From Candidatus Nomurabacteria bacterium (GTDB taxonomy: Bacteria > Patescibacteriota > Minisyncoccia > Phycocordibacterales > UBA9973), in NCBI GenBank assembly GCA_029288805.1, contig JARIGO010000024.1, forward strand, positions 1 through 48,300: a DNA stretch of 48,300 bases, written 5' to 3'. Below are positions 48,273-48,300 of this stretch, one piece after another. A model generated the notes under the pieces. It had not been told where the DNA came from. It ran no database searches and saw only the letters and a list, made by a program, of their open reading frames with translations. Numbering within the stretch: position 1 is the first letter of the stretch; each line of letters opens with the position of its first letter. A program made the translations under genes and the position numbers.

Positions 48273-48300
48273 GGATAACAAAAGGGCGACACCGTAGGTG

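Overview
A 48.3-kb bacterial chromosomal segment, most likely from a Patescibacteria/CPR (Parcubacteria-like) genome. This is inferred from the secretin-less type IV pilus cluster, compact housekeeping genes, near-absence of Shine-Dalgarno motifs and extended -10 boxes sitting just upstream of many ATGs. Left to right: a type IV pilus locus (pilM/N/O-like, pilB, pilT, pilC, two tandem major pilins, pilD, four minor pilins), ligA, gatC-gatA, a tRNA cluster (fMet, Met, Asp), an accessory region downstream of tRNA-Asp, alr-murB, nfi, a DEAD-box helicase, tRNA-Thr(GGT), typA, tRNA-Thr(CGT), prfB-ftsE-ftsX, tRNA-Gln, a divergent repeat-helicase/atypical sigma70 pair, and a sortase next to an LPTTG substrate. 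Most interesting: (1) a small GIY-YIG nuclease gene lying between a hairpin-interrupted copy of the tRNA-Asp 5' end and the intact tRNA, with a parallel remnant upstream of tRNA-Thr(GGT); (2) repeated 'tRNA 3' end + terminator + promoter' headers in front of accessory genes, suggesting a tRNA-anchored cassette array; (3) a structured ~240-nt noncoding element followed by two unannotated microproteins; (4) an RpoD-like sigma factor carrying inserted repeats and an AT-hook-like motif, paired with a six-repeat SF2 helicase. All family assignments come from motif recognition by eye; no database searches were run.
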